Source of the DNA: Candidatus Omnitrophota bacterium
GTDB lineage: Bacteria > Omnitrophota > Gorgyraeia > Zapsychrales > Fredricksoniimonadaceae
Length of the DNA stretch: 64,000 nt
Reading direction: 5' to 3'
NCBI GenBank assembly: GCA_903901225.1
Contig: CAIUQE010000003.1
Location: forward strand, 23,461 to 87,460
Program-made: the position numbers and the translations under genes
Shown here: positions 1 through 9,461 of the stretch, one piece after another
Numbering within the stretch: the stretch's first letter is position 1
Layout: every line of letters starts with the position of its first letter
The notes under the pieces: model-generated
What the model saw: only the letters and a program-made list of their open reading frames with translations
Told to the model about the DNA's origin: nothing
Database searches by the model: none

Positions 1-1510
1 TGGTCGTCACTTTCAGGCTGTCCGGGATAAACTCTTCCACATTGATCTTCGCCTCACCGATCGCATTCTCACTGCCTGGGACCTTCAAAGTGATCTTGTA
101 TTCCCCGGTCAAAGAATAATCCGGGAACTCCACCTCGACATCCGCCGTACCAAACTTATTAAGGACAGCGTTGTAATCCTTGAACTTTTTTCCGTCAGGC
201 CGCTTGATCTCAAAAATGACCGGAAAACTCTCCGGGATCTTAACGCCGGATGCCCGGACGATAGTCCTGATATTTGCCTTCTCTCCTGGGCGGTAAACAC
301 CCCGGTCGCCATAAACAAACCCTTCATAGCCGGCGCTTAAATAAGGACGGCCCTGAACATCAAAGTCCGTCTCAGTAATTGCGTTGCTGCCAACCTCAAG
401 GAACGAAAGGTCACTATCCTTAACCACCGTCACAGCAAAAGGCTCACGGTCTTTCGTAAGATCCAGATCCTTAAAGTGCATAAGCCCGTTCTCGTCAGTC
501 CGGCCTTCCGCGATAAGCAGGTTCTTCTTGGAAAAGACTTTGACCACAGCATCAGCAACCGGCATAGCGTCCTTTAACGACGCGGCCCAAACGAGCATTT
601 CCCTAGGGGCCTTCTTAAAGAGAATGCCAATGTCTGTTACCAGCACGATCTTGTCATCCGAGACACCTTCGTCACCTGCATCTTTAGCACGCAACTGGAA
701 CAGCCCCTGCTGACCGTCGGGAAGCATGGACTTCAGATCCAACACTATGTCTTTAGGGGTATTGATGTCCACTTTGACGGGAACTTCACGAGTGATGGTC
801 TCCGTGCCGATATCATCAAGAAGGCTATCCCGGCGCCAATAACTATCCTCAGCATCCAGCTGCTTATTTAGGAAATACACCACATTCGTGTCATATAAAC
901 GCTGTAGGGTGACCTCAACCTTATTGCTGACATTCACGACCTCGAAGGGAACCAGGCGATTACCCTTCAGCCCTAAATACATACCTGGAACCTTAAACCG
1001 CACCGTCGGTTCGAAATCAGGCATTACCACATCCTCATTAACTGCCTCTTTAAGGACTGCCCCTTCTTCGGTCTTGAGCCCCGCCAAGACTTCGACATGA
1101 TATGACTGGCGCGGTTTGAAATCCCCTTTAATACGCAACTCATTCCACCCAGGTTCAACGAAGAACTTAACCTGCGGCGTAATATCAACGAATCCTTTGG
1201 TATTAAGATTGCCAGGCTCACTATTTAATTTAACGACGATCTCCAGGTCTGTGCCGGATACCGACGGTTCGATCTCCTTGACGATCAGGACATTCAAGGC
1301 AGCCTTGACTGCGGACCCGACCTCCAGACTTACTTTTTGAGCGCCATGCCCAACAAAGCTCATCCTGGCAGCGATGTTCTGGAAGAAAGACGAGAATCGG
1401 CTCAAACCTCGACCATCTAAAGCGTCAACGATACTGACAAGGCCGATGATGTTGATCGTCGCGAACAACACCGTGATCCAGAACCATTTCTGCTTGAACA
1501 TGTCTTTCAT
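1..1510 (-). CDS. alpha-2-macroglobulin family protein, N-terminal ~500 aa (gene continues beyond window start)
   Basis: Minus-strand ORF starts ATG at 1510 (MKDMFKQKWFWITVLFATINIIGLV = N-terminal TM anchor) and stays open to position 1. The segment ELRIKGDFKPRQSYHVEV...PTVRFKVPGMYLGLKGNRLVPFEVVNVSNKVEVTLQRL aligns by eye to the MG-domain region of bacterial A2M (E. coli YfhM ELRLRHLEPKRDLIVTI...PSVGFASRGSLLPGKVVEGLPVMALNVNNVDVNFFRV). Not in the ORF track because it is truncated. Confidence 0.5.
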   Translation of the reverse strand, partial: MKDMFKQKWFWITVLFATINIIGLVSIVDALDGRGLSRFSSFFQNIAARMSFVGHGAQKVSLEVGSAVKAALNVLIVKEIEPSVSGTDLEIVVKLNSEPGNLNTKGFVDITPQVKFFVEPGWNELRIKGDFKPRQSYHVEVLAGLKTEEGAVLKEAVNEDVVMPDFEPTVRFKVPGMYLGLKGNRLVPFEVVNVSNKVEVTLQRLYDTNVVYFLNKQLDAEDSYWRRDSLLDDIGTETITREVPVKVDINTPKDIVLDLKSMLPDGQQGLFQLRAKDAGDEGVSDDKIVLVTDIGILFKKAPREMLVWAASLKDAMPVADAVVKVFSKKNLLIAEGRTDENGLMHFKDLDLTKDREPFAVTVVKDSDLSFLEVGSNAITETDFDVQGRPYLSAGYEGFVYGDRGVYRPGEKANIRTIVRASGVKIPESFPVIFEIKRPDGKKFKDYNAVLNKFGTADVEVEFPDYSLTGEYKITLKVPGSENAIGEAKINVEEFIPDSLKVTT

Positions 1511-1520
1511 GACATTCCCC

Positions 1521-2228
1521 TTAGATTTTAAGATCCGATATATTCGGCGCTTTACATTCCAACAAAGATTTGACCTTATCCTTTAACAAGGGATCCGATA
1601 GATTCGGAAACACAACAGAATGAAGATATTCATTAACATCTTCTTTCTCCCCAAGAAGAACAATGGAACAAAGACCATAATATGAAATAACTTCCGTCGC
1701 CCGTGATAAAACCTCAGGGAAACTGACCTTTCTAACAAGTTTAACGATTTCAGTTAAACAAGCATTCCTTTTCTCAAATGAAGAATGCGCCAATGCCAGT
1801 TCCCACAAATCCATTATTAAATCACTTTTTATCTTCGAGGACTCCGGAACAATATCCAATCCGCTCTCAAGAACAACCCGGCTGGGGGAACTCCCATTCG
1901 CTTCACGTATATTGCAAGCCACATTTAGAATCAGCTCTTCAAAATCTTTATGTCCATATCCCTTCCTCAATATCTCCAATAAATGCCCACCTACAGCTTT
2001 ATCTACATTATTCCCAAATAAGCCGTTATGTTTCCAGCCATAAAGAAGACCAAATAACAAATGTCGTTCTTCAAGCGGAACAGATTCTTTATTTTCCAAA
2101 TGATCAACTTCTTCTCCAGATAAAAAGAACGGAAGATATCCCGTAAAATCCGGCACATAAAATCGAGCGGCGAAGTTGCTTCCCTCACCACACTCCTGCC
2201 ATACAATGGTATATTTCTCTTTATCCAT
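1521..2228 (-). CDS. hypothetical protein (no recognisable domain)
   Basis: ORF 1521..2264. Likely start at internal M (MDKEKYTIVWQ...) to avoid overlap with the upstream gene. Low GC; same strand as neighbours. Confidence 0.35.
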   Translation of the reverse strand: MDKEKYTIVWQECGEGSNFAARFYVPDFTGYLPFFLSGEEVDHLENKESVPLEERHLLFGLLYGWKHNGLFGNNVDKAVGGHLLEILRKGYGHKDFEELILNVACNIREANGSSPSRVVLESGLDIVPESSKIKSDLIMDLWELALAHSSFEKRNACLTEIVKLVRKVSFPEVLSRATEVISYYGLCSIVLLGEKEDVNEYLHSVVFPNLSDPLLKDKVKSLLECKAPNISDLKI

Positions 2229-2235
2229 AGATCTT

Positions 2236-2973
2236 TTATGCTTCCTCTTCCGGGTTGTACTCATCCGTCTTTAATCCAAACGTCCACGCCACTGCCTCTT
2301 GAGCCGTCTTCATCGTCGGCGGCACACGAAGCGTGTAATAAGCTCCTGTTGATGGACACCGGACCTTGACCAAATACAGAGGTTCGTCATCCTGATGAAA
2401 AGAAATGCGCATGAGGTCGCGCTCCCCGTCTTTATCAATGATATCCGGGTTGAGCTGCTGAACAAATCGCTCGTAACCCATATCTTCGATCAGCAAGTGA
2501 CGAATTTCAGCATTACGAACCCGAACGATATTTTGGGCAGTAAGCCTTCCTTGAAGCAGCAACCCTTCTAAATACTCCAGCAGCTTGACGCCAACGAAAG
2601 TACGCCAGACCATCAATTTGACAGAAGTCACCCTCCCTTGATCATTCCACTGGCGGGCAATTCCGTAATACATTCCCATGCGATAAAAGCGCTGGCTTTC
2701 CAACATTCCATTCTTGTGCCAGGTGCTAACCGCGCCGTTTAACTTGCCATCGGTATACGGTTCCTCCATCATCTTGATACCATTTTCATGCCAAGACATA
2801 CAAATGCCATGATAACGGCCATTCTGAAGTAAACGACGCGAGCAAAGTTTGCCATCCGAATATAAAGTAACGACCTCACGCGTCTCATCGGAAGTCTCTC
2901 GATATTGCGTCCGGCCATCAAAACAGGAAAAGACTAGGTTAGTCTGCGACATTTCTCCATCCATCGGGCTCAT
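2236..2973 (-). CDS. MORN-repeat (YwqK-like) protein with C-terminal domain of unknown function
   Basis: Repeated Y/W-x-x-G-K/x motifs (YSDGKLCSRRLLQNGRYHGICMSWHENGIKMMEEPYTDGKLNGAVSTWHKNGMLES) typical of MORN/YwqK-type repeats. C-terminal part (CPSTGAYYTLRVPP...AWTFGL) unassigned. Confidence 0.4.
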   Translation of the reverse strand: MSPMDGEMSQTNLVFSCFDGRTQYRETSDETREVVTLYSDGKLCSRRLLQNGRYHGICMSWHENGIKMMEEPYTDGKLNGAVSTWHKNGMLESQRFYRMGMYYGIARQWNDQGRVTSVKLMVWRTFVGVKLLEYLEGLLLQGRLTAQNIVRVRNAEIRHLLIEDMGYERFVQQLNPDIIDKDGERDLMRISFHQDDEPLYLVKVRCPSTGAYYTLRVPPTMKTAQEAVAWTFGLKTDEYNPEEEA

Positions 2974-3238
2974 ACTCTCTCTGACGAATCACACGATAAA
3001 CCCCAGGCTTGAACGTGATCTGACCGTGCTCCTCGTGATTAAGATGGACGGTATCATCTGCCTTGAAATAAAGTATGCCGTCTTTCTCGTACACATCACC
3101 GGCATCTAATTTATGCGCATGTCCCGTAGCCTCACCTTCGGCCAAGACCCGGTCTTTCTTCCGGACGACCCCCTCTGGGATCCTATCAATCTTAATGATT
3201 AAGATGTCTCCCTGCCTTTTCATAGCCGTCTCCCACAT
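2939..3238 (-). CDS. small hypothetical protein (phage-like)
   Basis: 99-aa ORF, MKRQGDILIIKIDRIPEG...GEATGHAHKL. No assignable domain. Packed between two minus-strand genes. Confidence 0.3.
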   Translation of the reverse strand: MWETAMKRQGDILIIKIDRIPEGVVRKKDRVLAEGEATGHAHKLDAGDVYEKDGILYFKADDTVHLNHEEHGQITFKPGVYRVIRQREYEPDGWRNVAD

Positions 3239-4141
3239 TTATGTAAGATTATCGAAAAATACGCCTTCATCTCGATTAAAGCGAATGTGCGTTGATCCCG
3301 AGTAACCGTCAGGGCTCTTAATAATTCGTATTTCTGCGATTCCTAGGTTTTCAGGTTTAGGCTCATAATAGTCTTCCCGGTAAAGCTGCAAGACAACATC
3401 TGCATAGACGTCGAAACCACCTTCCTCGCGGGCGATCTGGGATAAGAGATGTAACGGCCGTGTTTTTTCGTGCTCTTCTGTACGACGGGATAGCCAACTC
3501 GTCACAAAAACTGTTACTTCATTGCGAACAGCCATTGCTTTTAACCTTCTGGTGACCATCTCGCACGCCTTATAGCGCGCTGCTCCATCCAATAAAGCGA
3601 CATCTTCAATACACTGCAATGGATCGATCACAATGAGTTTTACCTTATGTTCAGCGACATGTTTCTTTACTATGCGCTCAACATCCTGGACAGTACGCGT
3701 CATGGAATCAATGTAAATTGGCAACTCCGCGACTATCCCCACACCCGCAACAAACTTTGATCGCTCTGTTCCATCCATCATCCCACAACGCGCTTTAGAC
3801 CTATCCACTTTGCCTTGTGCGCAAATAAGCCCAAAAACAATGTTCCGCTGTGTTAATTGGCCCAACGAGAAATACAATACAGGCACCTTTTGCTTAGCCA
3901 CATGCGCTGTGATAGAAGCCGCAAAGGCAGTCTTCCCCATTGCCGGCCGAGATAAACAGGCGAGCAGTTCACCAGGATGAAGTCCAGACAACATACGGTC
4001 AAGATCATTAAATCCAGTTGTAATCCCAGTGAGGCCAGGCCCCTGCCGTTCCATCCGTTCAATCTTATGAAGGACATCGCCAACGACATCTTTTACCAGC
4101 ACTGGGCCGGGCTTCTTCTTTAGGAAATTTGTTAGTAACAT
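3239..4141 (-). CDS. DnaB-family replicative helicase, RecA-fold C-terminal domain only (phage/plasmid type)
   Basis: DnaB motifs H1/Walker A (GFNDLDRMLSGLHPGELLACLSRPAMGKTAFAASI), Walker B (KLIVIDPLQ), and C-terminal block (RRLKAMAVRNEVTVFVTSWLSRRTEEHEKTRPLHLLSQIAREEGGFDVYADVVLQLYREDYY). Lacks the N-terminal primase-binding domain. Confidence 0.6.
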   Translation of the reverse strand: MLLTNFLKKKPGPVLVKDVVGDVLHKIERMERQGPGLTGITTGFNDLDRMLSGLHPGELLACLSRPAMGKTAFAASITAHVAKQKVPVLYFSLGQLTQRNIVFGLICAQGKVDRSKARCGMMDGTERSKFVAGVGIVAELPIYIDSMTRTVQDVERIVKKHVAEHKVKLIVIDPLQCIEDVALLDGAARYKACEMVTRRLKAMAVRNEVTVFVTSWLSRRTEEHEKTRPLHLLSQIAREEGGFDVYADVVLQLYREDYYEPKPENLGIAEIRIIKSPDGYSGSTHIRFNRDEGVFFDNLT

Positions 4142-4212
4142 GACTCACCTTTCATTATTGGGGGCATGTGCTTAATATAAATCAGGCAGGCGACAGCATC
4201 ATGTCGCGCCAA

Positions 4213-4240
4213 TAAAAAAAGCGCCCTATAAAAGGCGCCC
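4213..4240 (-). terminator. rho-independent terminator closing the nine-gene ssp-like operon
   Basis: Plus strand reads aaaaaaaGCGCCctataaaaGGCGCcc. On the minus strand this is a GC hairpin followed by TTTTTTT, about 150 nt downstream of the protease gene stop (4389). Confidence 0.4.
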
Positions 4241-4388
4241 TGCTATCTTCCATTACCCCGTAATAAAAGGTAAGGTCATTCTGAAAACAGCTTATCTTCT
4301 CTGCGCAAATAATCCTCCCCTGTAAAATACGCCATTTCCACACTGCAATTTCTATAGGTAAAAAAACGGTCGATTATTTGCTCATACA

Positions 4389-5204
4389 TTAGATGATGCC
4401 ATTGTCTTTTGCGAGCTGCAGCACCCGTTCTGCTTTTGTTGCCTTAATAGGCTGTCCCTCTCTACCATTAGGATAGAAAGCTGACTGTACGCCAATGAAA
4501 TATAGATTGGGAGTCCAAAGGTTGTCCTTGCCCGATGGTAACCGAGCCCATACCCCGCAACCGCTCAGTCCATTGGGGCGAGCCGCCTCTTCATCCAACG
4601 TAAAATCCACTAAAAAATGACGTTGAGGATCAAACTCTGCGTAATCAGCTTTTGGTTCAATAACGCCAGAACCTAGAAAGTAATGAAAAACGGCAACCCC
4701 TTGTTTGTCGACCATCCGTGCCAATTCAACGGAGAAGCCAAACATATAAGTCGGCGTATTAGGCTCGGCAGGCAGGATACTGCCTTTGTTTAGATTAAAG
4801 AAAATAAGGTCTTTAATTTCTTTTGCGGACGAATCAATTTCCAAAAGAGCCAGGTCGTCGTCAGAATCAGAATAGAATCTATTGATTAACGGAAGCGTCT
4901 GCGCGTAAGACTTGGTTGAAATCTTGGACAGTATTTGTATAGGCGTATGCTTTACTCTGTCCTTATGAGCATCTATAAGCGATCCTTCTGGTCTAAAGAG
5001 GAATCGGAGGTCGGCGTTCTGGTAGGAACTTTTAACAACGTGCTTGCAGGTAAGAACAAAGAAGCGCTTGTTGATTTCAATAAGTGAACCGGTCCCCCAA
5101 CCTGATTCGTTGGCCGCGAGTGACACATCCACCGCAACCGTGAGAGAACAAACCGATTCAGTAATGGCCAATCTTGCCTTTTCTTCGAGATTGAGGTCTC
5201 CCAT
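4389..5204 (-). CDS. trypsin-like (S1/chymotrypsin-fold) serine protease
   Basis: Catalytic triad motifs in order: His (FVLTCKHVV), Asp (DDDLALLEID), Ser (GLSGCGVW, GxSGxxV type). Last gene of the operon. Confidence 0.5.
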   Translation of the reverse strand: MGDLNLEEKARLAITESVCSLTVAVDVSLAANESGWGTGSLIEINKRFFVLTCKHVVKSSYQNADLRFLFRPEGSLIDAHKDRVKHTPIQILSKISTKSYAQTLPLINRFYSDSDDDLALLEIDSSAKEIKDLIFFNLNKGSILPAEPNTPTYMFGFSVELARMVDKQGVAVFHYFLGSGVIEPKADYAEFDPQRHFLVDFTLDEEAARPNGLSGCGVWARLPSGKDNLWTPNLYFIGVQSAFYPNGREGQPIKATKAERVLQLAKDNGII

Positions 5205-5208
5205 AAGA

Positions 5209-5484
5209 TTATCTACAACCCGACCTAATCACGGCCACTATTTGACGAAACTTATTCTCTGGACTTTGCTTATAATACGATCTCACGACATCTACCACGT
5301 TACCTCTATTAAGACCTGGATTATCCCGACAAAGAGGATCATCAAGGTTATGTCGCCTTGCATATAATCCGTCTGCAATGCCTAAAATATAGCTATTTGC
5401 AACAGCAATCGAATGTGTATCGCTGTTCTCATCAAGCCAGTGACCATTAGGAACTTCACCTGTGTGAGTGTCTTCTTTCATCAA
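5209..5484 (-). CDS. hypothetical small protein
   Basis: 91-aa ORF with 4-nt gap to the protease gene and 21-nt gap to the cysteine desulfurase gene. No domain recognised. Confidence 0.3.
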   Translation of the reverse strand: MMKEDTHTGEVPNGHWLDENSDTHSIAVANSYILGIADGLYARRHNLDDPLCRDNPGLNRGNVVDVVRSYYKQSPENKFRQIVAVIRSGCR

Positions 5485-5505
5485 AATTCTCCCGGAGAAA
5501 TATGG

Positions 5506-6657
5506 CTAAGCTCTCAACTTCGCTACAGCGGCCCGAAGAATCGGAATGGCTTTAGCAATTTCGTCATCTGTGGTCATTCGTCCAAGACCAAAACGAATAG
5601 CACTGTTAACTCGTTCCGATGTTGCCCCCATTGCTTTAAGGACATAACTTCCTTCCCAATTTATACTCGTACAGGCAGATCCGCTTGATACCGCAAGGTC
5701 ATTCCAAAGATTCATCATCAATGTATCTGACTTAACTCCGAGAAAACTGATATTCAAATTATTGTAAAGCCGCTGTTCCATGCTGCCATTGACAACTATG
5801 TCCTTTATCCCTCCCGACAATCCCTTCAATAATTCATCACGCATACGCCTAATTCGAACAGCTTCAGCACTCATTTCCAGATTCGCAACTTCAAAAGCCT
5901 TGGCTAAGCCCACAATAAGCGGCACTGGAAGCGTTCCGGGGCGAAGTCCACGCTCCTGCCCCCCTCCGTATATGATTGGCTCAAGCCGGCACGAATTTCG
6001 CACATAAAGTGCTCCAACACCTTTTGGGCCATAAATTTTATGTGCTGAAATGGATAAAAGATCGACACCTAAATCATCTACATTGATAGGCAACTTCCCG
6101 GCCGCCTGTGTTGCGTCACAATGAAAAACAAGCCCATGCTGCCTTGAAAGCTCACCTATATCTTTAATAGGGTTGATGATGCCTATTTCGTTGTTCACAA
6201 ACATAAAGGACAAAAGGCCGGTATCAGGACGCAGAGCATCTCTGATAGCGTTAATCTTGAAGCATCCATCCTTATCTGGAGACAGATACGAAACATCAAT
6301 TAACTTCTGATCTTCAAGGCAAGCAAGAACGTCTAGAACAGACTTATGTTCAATCGCAGAGGAGACAACATGTGACTTCCCCTGTTTAGAAAGGACTTTT
6401 AATACCCCCTGCAAAGCTATATTGTTTGATTCTGTAGCTCCACTGGTGAAAATCACATCTGACCGAGAACCGGCACCGATCATTTTTGCTACAATTTGAC
6501 GTGATTTATCAATAGCATGAGCAGCCTTCTCCCCAAAGCCATGAGAAAGACTCCCGGCATTTCCAAAATCATCCTGAAAGAACGGGAACATCTCCTGGGA
6601 AACCCGGGGATCTACTGGCGTGGTCGCATGATAATCTAGATATATAGCGCGTTCCAT
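5506..6657 (-). CDS. sspA: cysteine desulfurase (class V aminotransferase; SspA/DndA/IscS-like)
   Basis: MERAIYLDYHATTPVDPRV..., SAHKIYGPKGVGALYVR (PLP-lysine motif), and C-terminal GSAC region. Sits in the same operon as the PAPS-reductase/DUF499/DUF4007-like genes. The symbol is tentative. Confidence 0.7.
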   Translation of the reverse strand: MERAIYLDYHATTPVDPRVSQEMFPFFQDDFGNAGSLSHGFGEKAAHAIDKSRQIVAKMIGAGSRSDVIFTSGATESNNIALQGVLKVLSKQGKSHVVSSAIEHKSVLDVLACLEDQKLIDVSYLSPDKDGCFKINAIRDALRPDTGLLSFMFVNNEIGIINPIKDIGELSRQHGLVFHCDATQAAGKLPINVDDLGVDLLSISAHKIYGPKGVGALYVRNSCRLEPIIYGGGQERGLRPGTLPVPLIVGLAKAFEVANLEMSAEAVRIRRMRDELLKGLSGGIKDIVVNGSMEQRLYNNLNISFLGVKSDTLMMNLWNDLAVSSGSACTSINWEGSYVLKAMGATSERVNSAIRFGLGRMTTDDEIAKAIPILRAAVAKLRA

Positions 6658-6667
6658 CTTATAAGAC

Positions 6668-7600
6668 CTAATTAGTTAATAAACGCACTCTTTGAGAATA
6701 CGAAGGCGTATCAATAGAGATGTACTTTACCGAATGCTTTTGGCAATAAGAAAGAAGATTGACCACGAGCTGTTTAATATCTTTCCTATAAGGACGAGGA
6801 TCGTCCTTTAACTGATTGTGAAGATTCGCCGTGATTTCTCCAAAATACATCTCTTTACTTGGCTTCCCGTCCAACATCGTAATCAGCCAACGAAAAACCT
6901 TGGAATCATTAAAAGATTTTCCGCCATCATCCTCAACGGAAAACAGAAGCTGATCATGTAACATACCTTCAACCGAAACCTGCTCCTCACTCAAATTCAC
7001 CCAAGGTAGATCATGAACCCAAAGATCAGCACTTTTAGGCACCACATTGTCCGGCCACGAGGCAAGATTAGATAAACCCGGAGCATTCTTTTGCGTCGAT
7101 GCATCTTTCAGAAAGGCGGCCATTTTAAGCAATGTCGCAGAATCTATTGGCGCTGCACTCTTCAATATCTGATCTACAAATAATAAATTCTCTTTTGAAG
7201 CTTCCGCCTCAACAACAGCCTCCAGATTCCCTTCCCCAAACAATTTCAATCCGTTAGTTGTAAAATTGGCGCTACCAACAAAGATCTTTCTTTGATCGAT
7301 CGAATAAATCTTTGCGTGTAAATTGTCAATTATTCCGACACGGAAATTGGCTTCTAAAGCCGTTCGGACGGCATCGAGCGATGAGGCTCCTGATAGGAAA
7401 TCATGCGGGGAAAGACGTGCCACTAAACGAACTTCAACGGCAGGGGATATATTTCTGACAAGCCATTCAATGGCAGGGCTAGTCACATATGCACTAATAA
7501 CAGTGATAAGTTTACTGGTCCTAAACTCTTGTTCTAGAATCGACTTTACTTCATCAGACTTTAGTAAGCGTCCAACAGACTTATCTCCAGGCAATGACAT
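6668..7600 (-). CDS. phospholipase D (HKD) family nuclease
   Basis: HxK(x)4D(x)6GSxN motif: LHAKIYSIDQRKIFVGSANFTTNG. 310 aa. 10-nt gap to the downstream cysteine desulfurase gene; 25-nt gap to the upstream GHKL ATPase gene. Confidence 0.6.
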   Translation of the reverse strand: MSLPGDKSVGRLLKSDEVKSILEQEFRTSKLITVISAYVTSPAIEWLVRNISPAVEVRLVARLSPHDFLSGASSLDAVRTALEANFRVGIIDNLHAKIYSIDQRKIFVGSANFTTNGLKLFGEGNLEAVVEAEASKENLLFVDQILKSAAPIDSATLLKMAAFLKDASTQKNAPGLSNLASWPDNVVPKSADLWVHDLPWVNLSEEQVSVEGMLHDQLLFSVEDDGGKSFNDSKVFRWLITMLDGKPSKEMYFGEITANLHNQLKDDPRPYRKDIKQLVVNLLSYCQKHSVKYISIDTPSYSQRVRLLTN

Positions 7601-7625
7601 TACTGGACTCCGATCAACAATATAC

Positions 7626-9446
7626 TTAATGTTCAGACATTTTTATAAATTCCCTGGCAATTCGTCCCCAATCCTGTCGAATATCTCCATAACGCTCTCT
7701 TGCTTCAGCCGAAGCTTCGTCCTCAAGACGCGCCCATGCCATCAACATTAACTTCATCGCTGTGTAAATTTTCGACCCCTTATCTTCTTCCTTTGATTGC
7801 TCTAAAAGTTCAAACAAATGATCACTTGCTGGGTGCTTGGCATTTATAACAATAATAAGCACCCCAGCCTTAGAACGAATGTCAAAGATTGCACTTCCTG
7901 GAATAGCTTGTTTTTCAAAAATAAATTTAATATCTGGCTTGAGTTGTATAATTTTAGCCGCAGCCTCACGCGTTTCTTCAACAGGAACATTTCCAATGGT
8001 TGCTAATTCCTGAGAGAGCTCCTCTACTCTTTCCTTTTCCGGAGCCTCCTGCGCCTGATCACTTTCTGATGTTTTTCCTAATTCAGCCCTTCTCTTTCGC
8101 ACTGCCTCAGAAGCACGAGCTTCTGCAGAACTCGGTCCTAATGTATCGTCTTCCCCACGCGGCTTGCCCATCCGCTGGACTTGAATAAAGATATCCTCTT
8201 TGGCTTTTTCAATCCTTTGGGAAAGTGTATATATGACTGCCCGAGGATCGTTACTGTCCTTTAAATGCTCTTTGTATTCGTTCTCAGTCATATCTTCATT
8301 TTTAGCATCTTCAAGAACATCCATCATTTTAAAATTTCGCGCTGATTGTTTAGTGTTATCAACACCAAAAATCTCATCTAACTCCGCTCCAAAATGAACT
8401 TCACAACCCCACCAGCGTTCTCTGGTGTCTGATTTATCAGTAAATGACTTTTCCATCTCAAGTTCTCTGCCCTCACGCATAACAGAAATACCAACATTCT
8501 TGGCAGCGTCTTTTCCGAACGGAGAATTCCCCCCAGAATCACGGGCCTCCTGCCTACAAATTGAATATCGCAATTTGATTGGATACGATTCACCTTCCAT
8601 CTCTACGTTAATTGTCTCTTCATGCTTAAAAACAAATGCCGGCTTCTTATCGGGAAGTTCGGGAGCTGTCGTACCCTCCATTAAATATAACGGATCATTA
8701 GGACGAACAAACATCTCTGACCCCACCAAGTCCATCTTCTTCCCATTCTTAATATATGCAGCAAATTTTATAGAGACCCTTTCCTCAGCTATAAAATATC
8801 TGTACATCCTACCGATTATCAATTCCGAATTCTCAAAAAGAGCTCTCGGTGTACGCCATTTTAACTTGTCCAACTTTGACCACACCACTAACGTCCCATG
8901 ACTTTCTAGTTTCTCAGAAATCATTTTCGCCCACTTCTCCGGCAGCTCAACAGGCTGTGGATTAGGAACAAACCTTACTTTATTCCTTTTGATTTCATCT
9001 AAATCAAGATAAGTGTGAAAACACTTCGATTTCTGCCACGAATAAACATCTACACGGCGCCCTTGGGAAATTGATGAATTGGGCAACCCCATCCCAAACT
9101 TTCCCATACCTTTTGTCTTACCATCCAAATGAGTTCCATTGCCAAATGACAACGCAAGCCTCATTATGTTGGAAGTCATGCCTGAGCCATTATCGTAAAC
9201 ACCAATCTCTTTGATACGTTGGACAACGCGTTCTTTAACAGGGCCTTCTTCGACCTCACACAAAATATGAACATCTGTCTTCTTTCTAACTGCCAATCCA
9301 GCCTGAATGCTGTTATCAACTAATTCAGCAATCGCATGCGCGGCATCGCGATACCCAGAACTGCGCATCGCCTCAACCGACAAACTTGGAGGATAAATTT
9401 CGTATTCATCATCACTATTTTTTGTGTTATCCATCTTCGGTGACAT
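7626..9446 (-). CDS. GHKL-superfamily ATPase (MORC/HATPase_c_3-like), 606 aa
   Basis: N-box AIAELVDNSIQAG, G1 box VYDNGSGM, G2-like GKFGMGL. Long C-terminal extension with a charged coiled region. Confidence 0.6.
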   Translation of the reverse strand: MSPKMDNTKNSDDEYEIYPPSLSVEAMRSSGYRDAAHAIAELVDNSIQAGLAVRKKTDVHILCEVEEGPVKERVVQRIKEIGVYDNGSGMTSNIMRLALSFGNGTHLDGKTKGMGKFGMGLPNSSISQGRRVDVYSWQKSKCFHTYLDLDEIKRNKVRFVPNPQPVELPEKWAKMISEKLESHGTLVVWSKLDKLKWRTPRALFENSELIIGRMYRYFIAEERVSIKFAAYIKNGKKMDLVGSEMFVRPNDPLYLMEGTTAPELPDKKPAFVFKHEETINVEMEGESYPIKLRYSICRQEARDSGGNSPFGKDAAKNVGISVMREGRELEMEKSFTDKSDTRERWWGCEVHFGAELDEIFGVDNTKQSARNFKMMDVLEDAKNEDMTENEYKEHLKDSNDPRAVIYTLSQRIEKAKEDIFIQVQRMGKPRGEDDTLGPSSAEARASEAVRKRRAELGKTSESDQAQEAPEKERVEELSQELATIGNVPVEETREAAAKIIQLKPDIKFIFEKQAIPGSAIFDIRSKAGVLIIVINAKHPASDHLFELLEQSKEEDKGSKIYTAMKLMLMAWARLEDEASAEARERYGDIRQDWGRIAREFIKMSEH

Positions 9447-9461
9447 TGTTTTCTCCCTGTT

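Noticed and set aside
3853-4089. 78-aa minus-strand ORF nested in a different frame inside the DnaB-like gene.
   Set aside because: It is fully contained within a gene with strong DnaB motifs, and its translation is hydrophobic and low-complexity.
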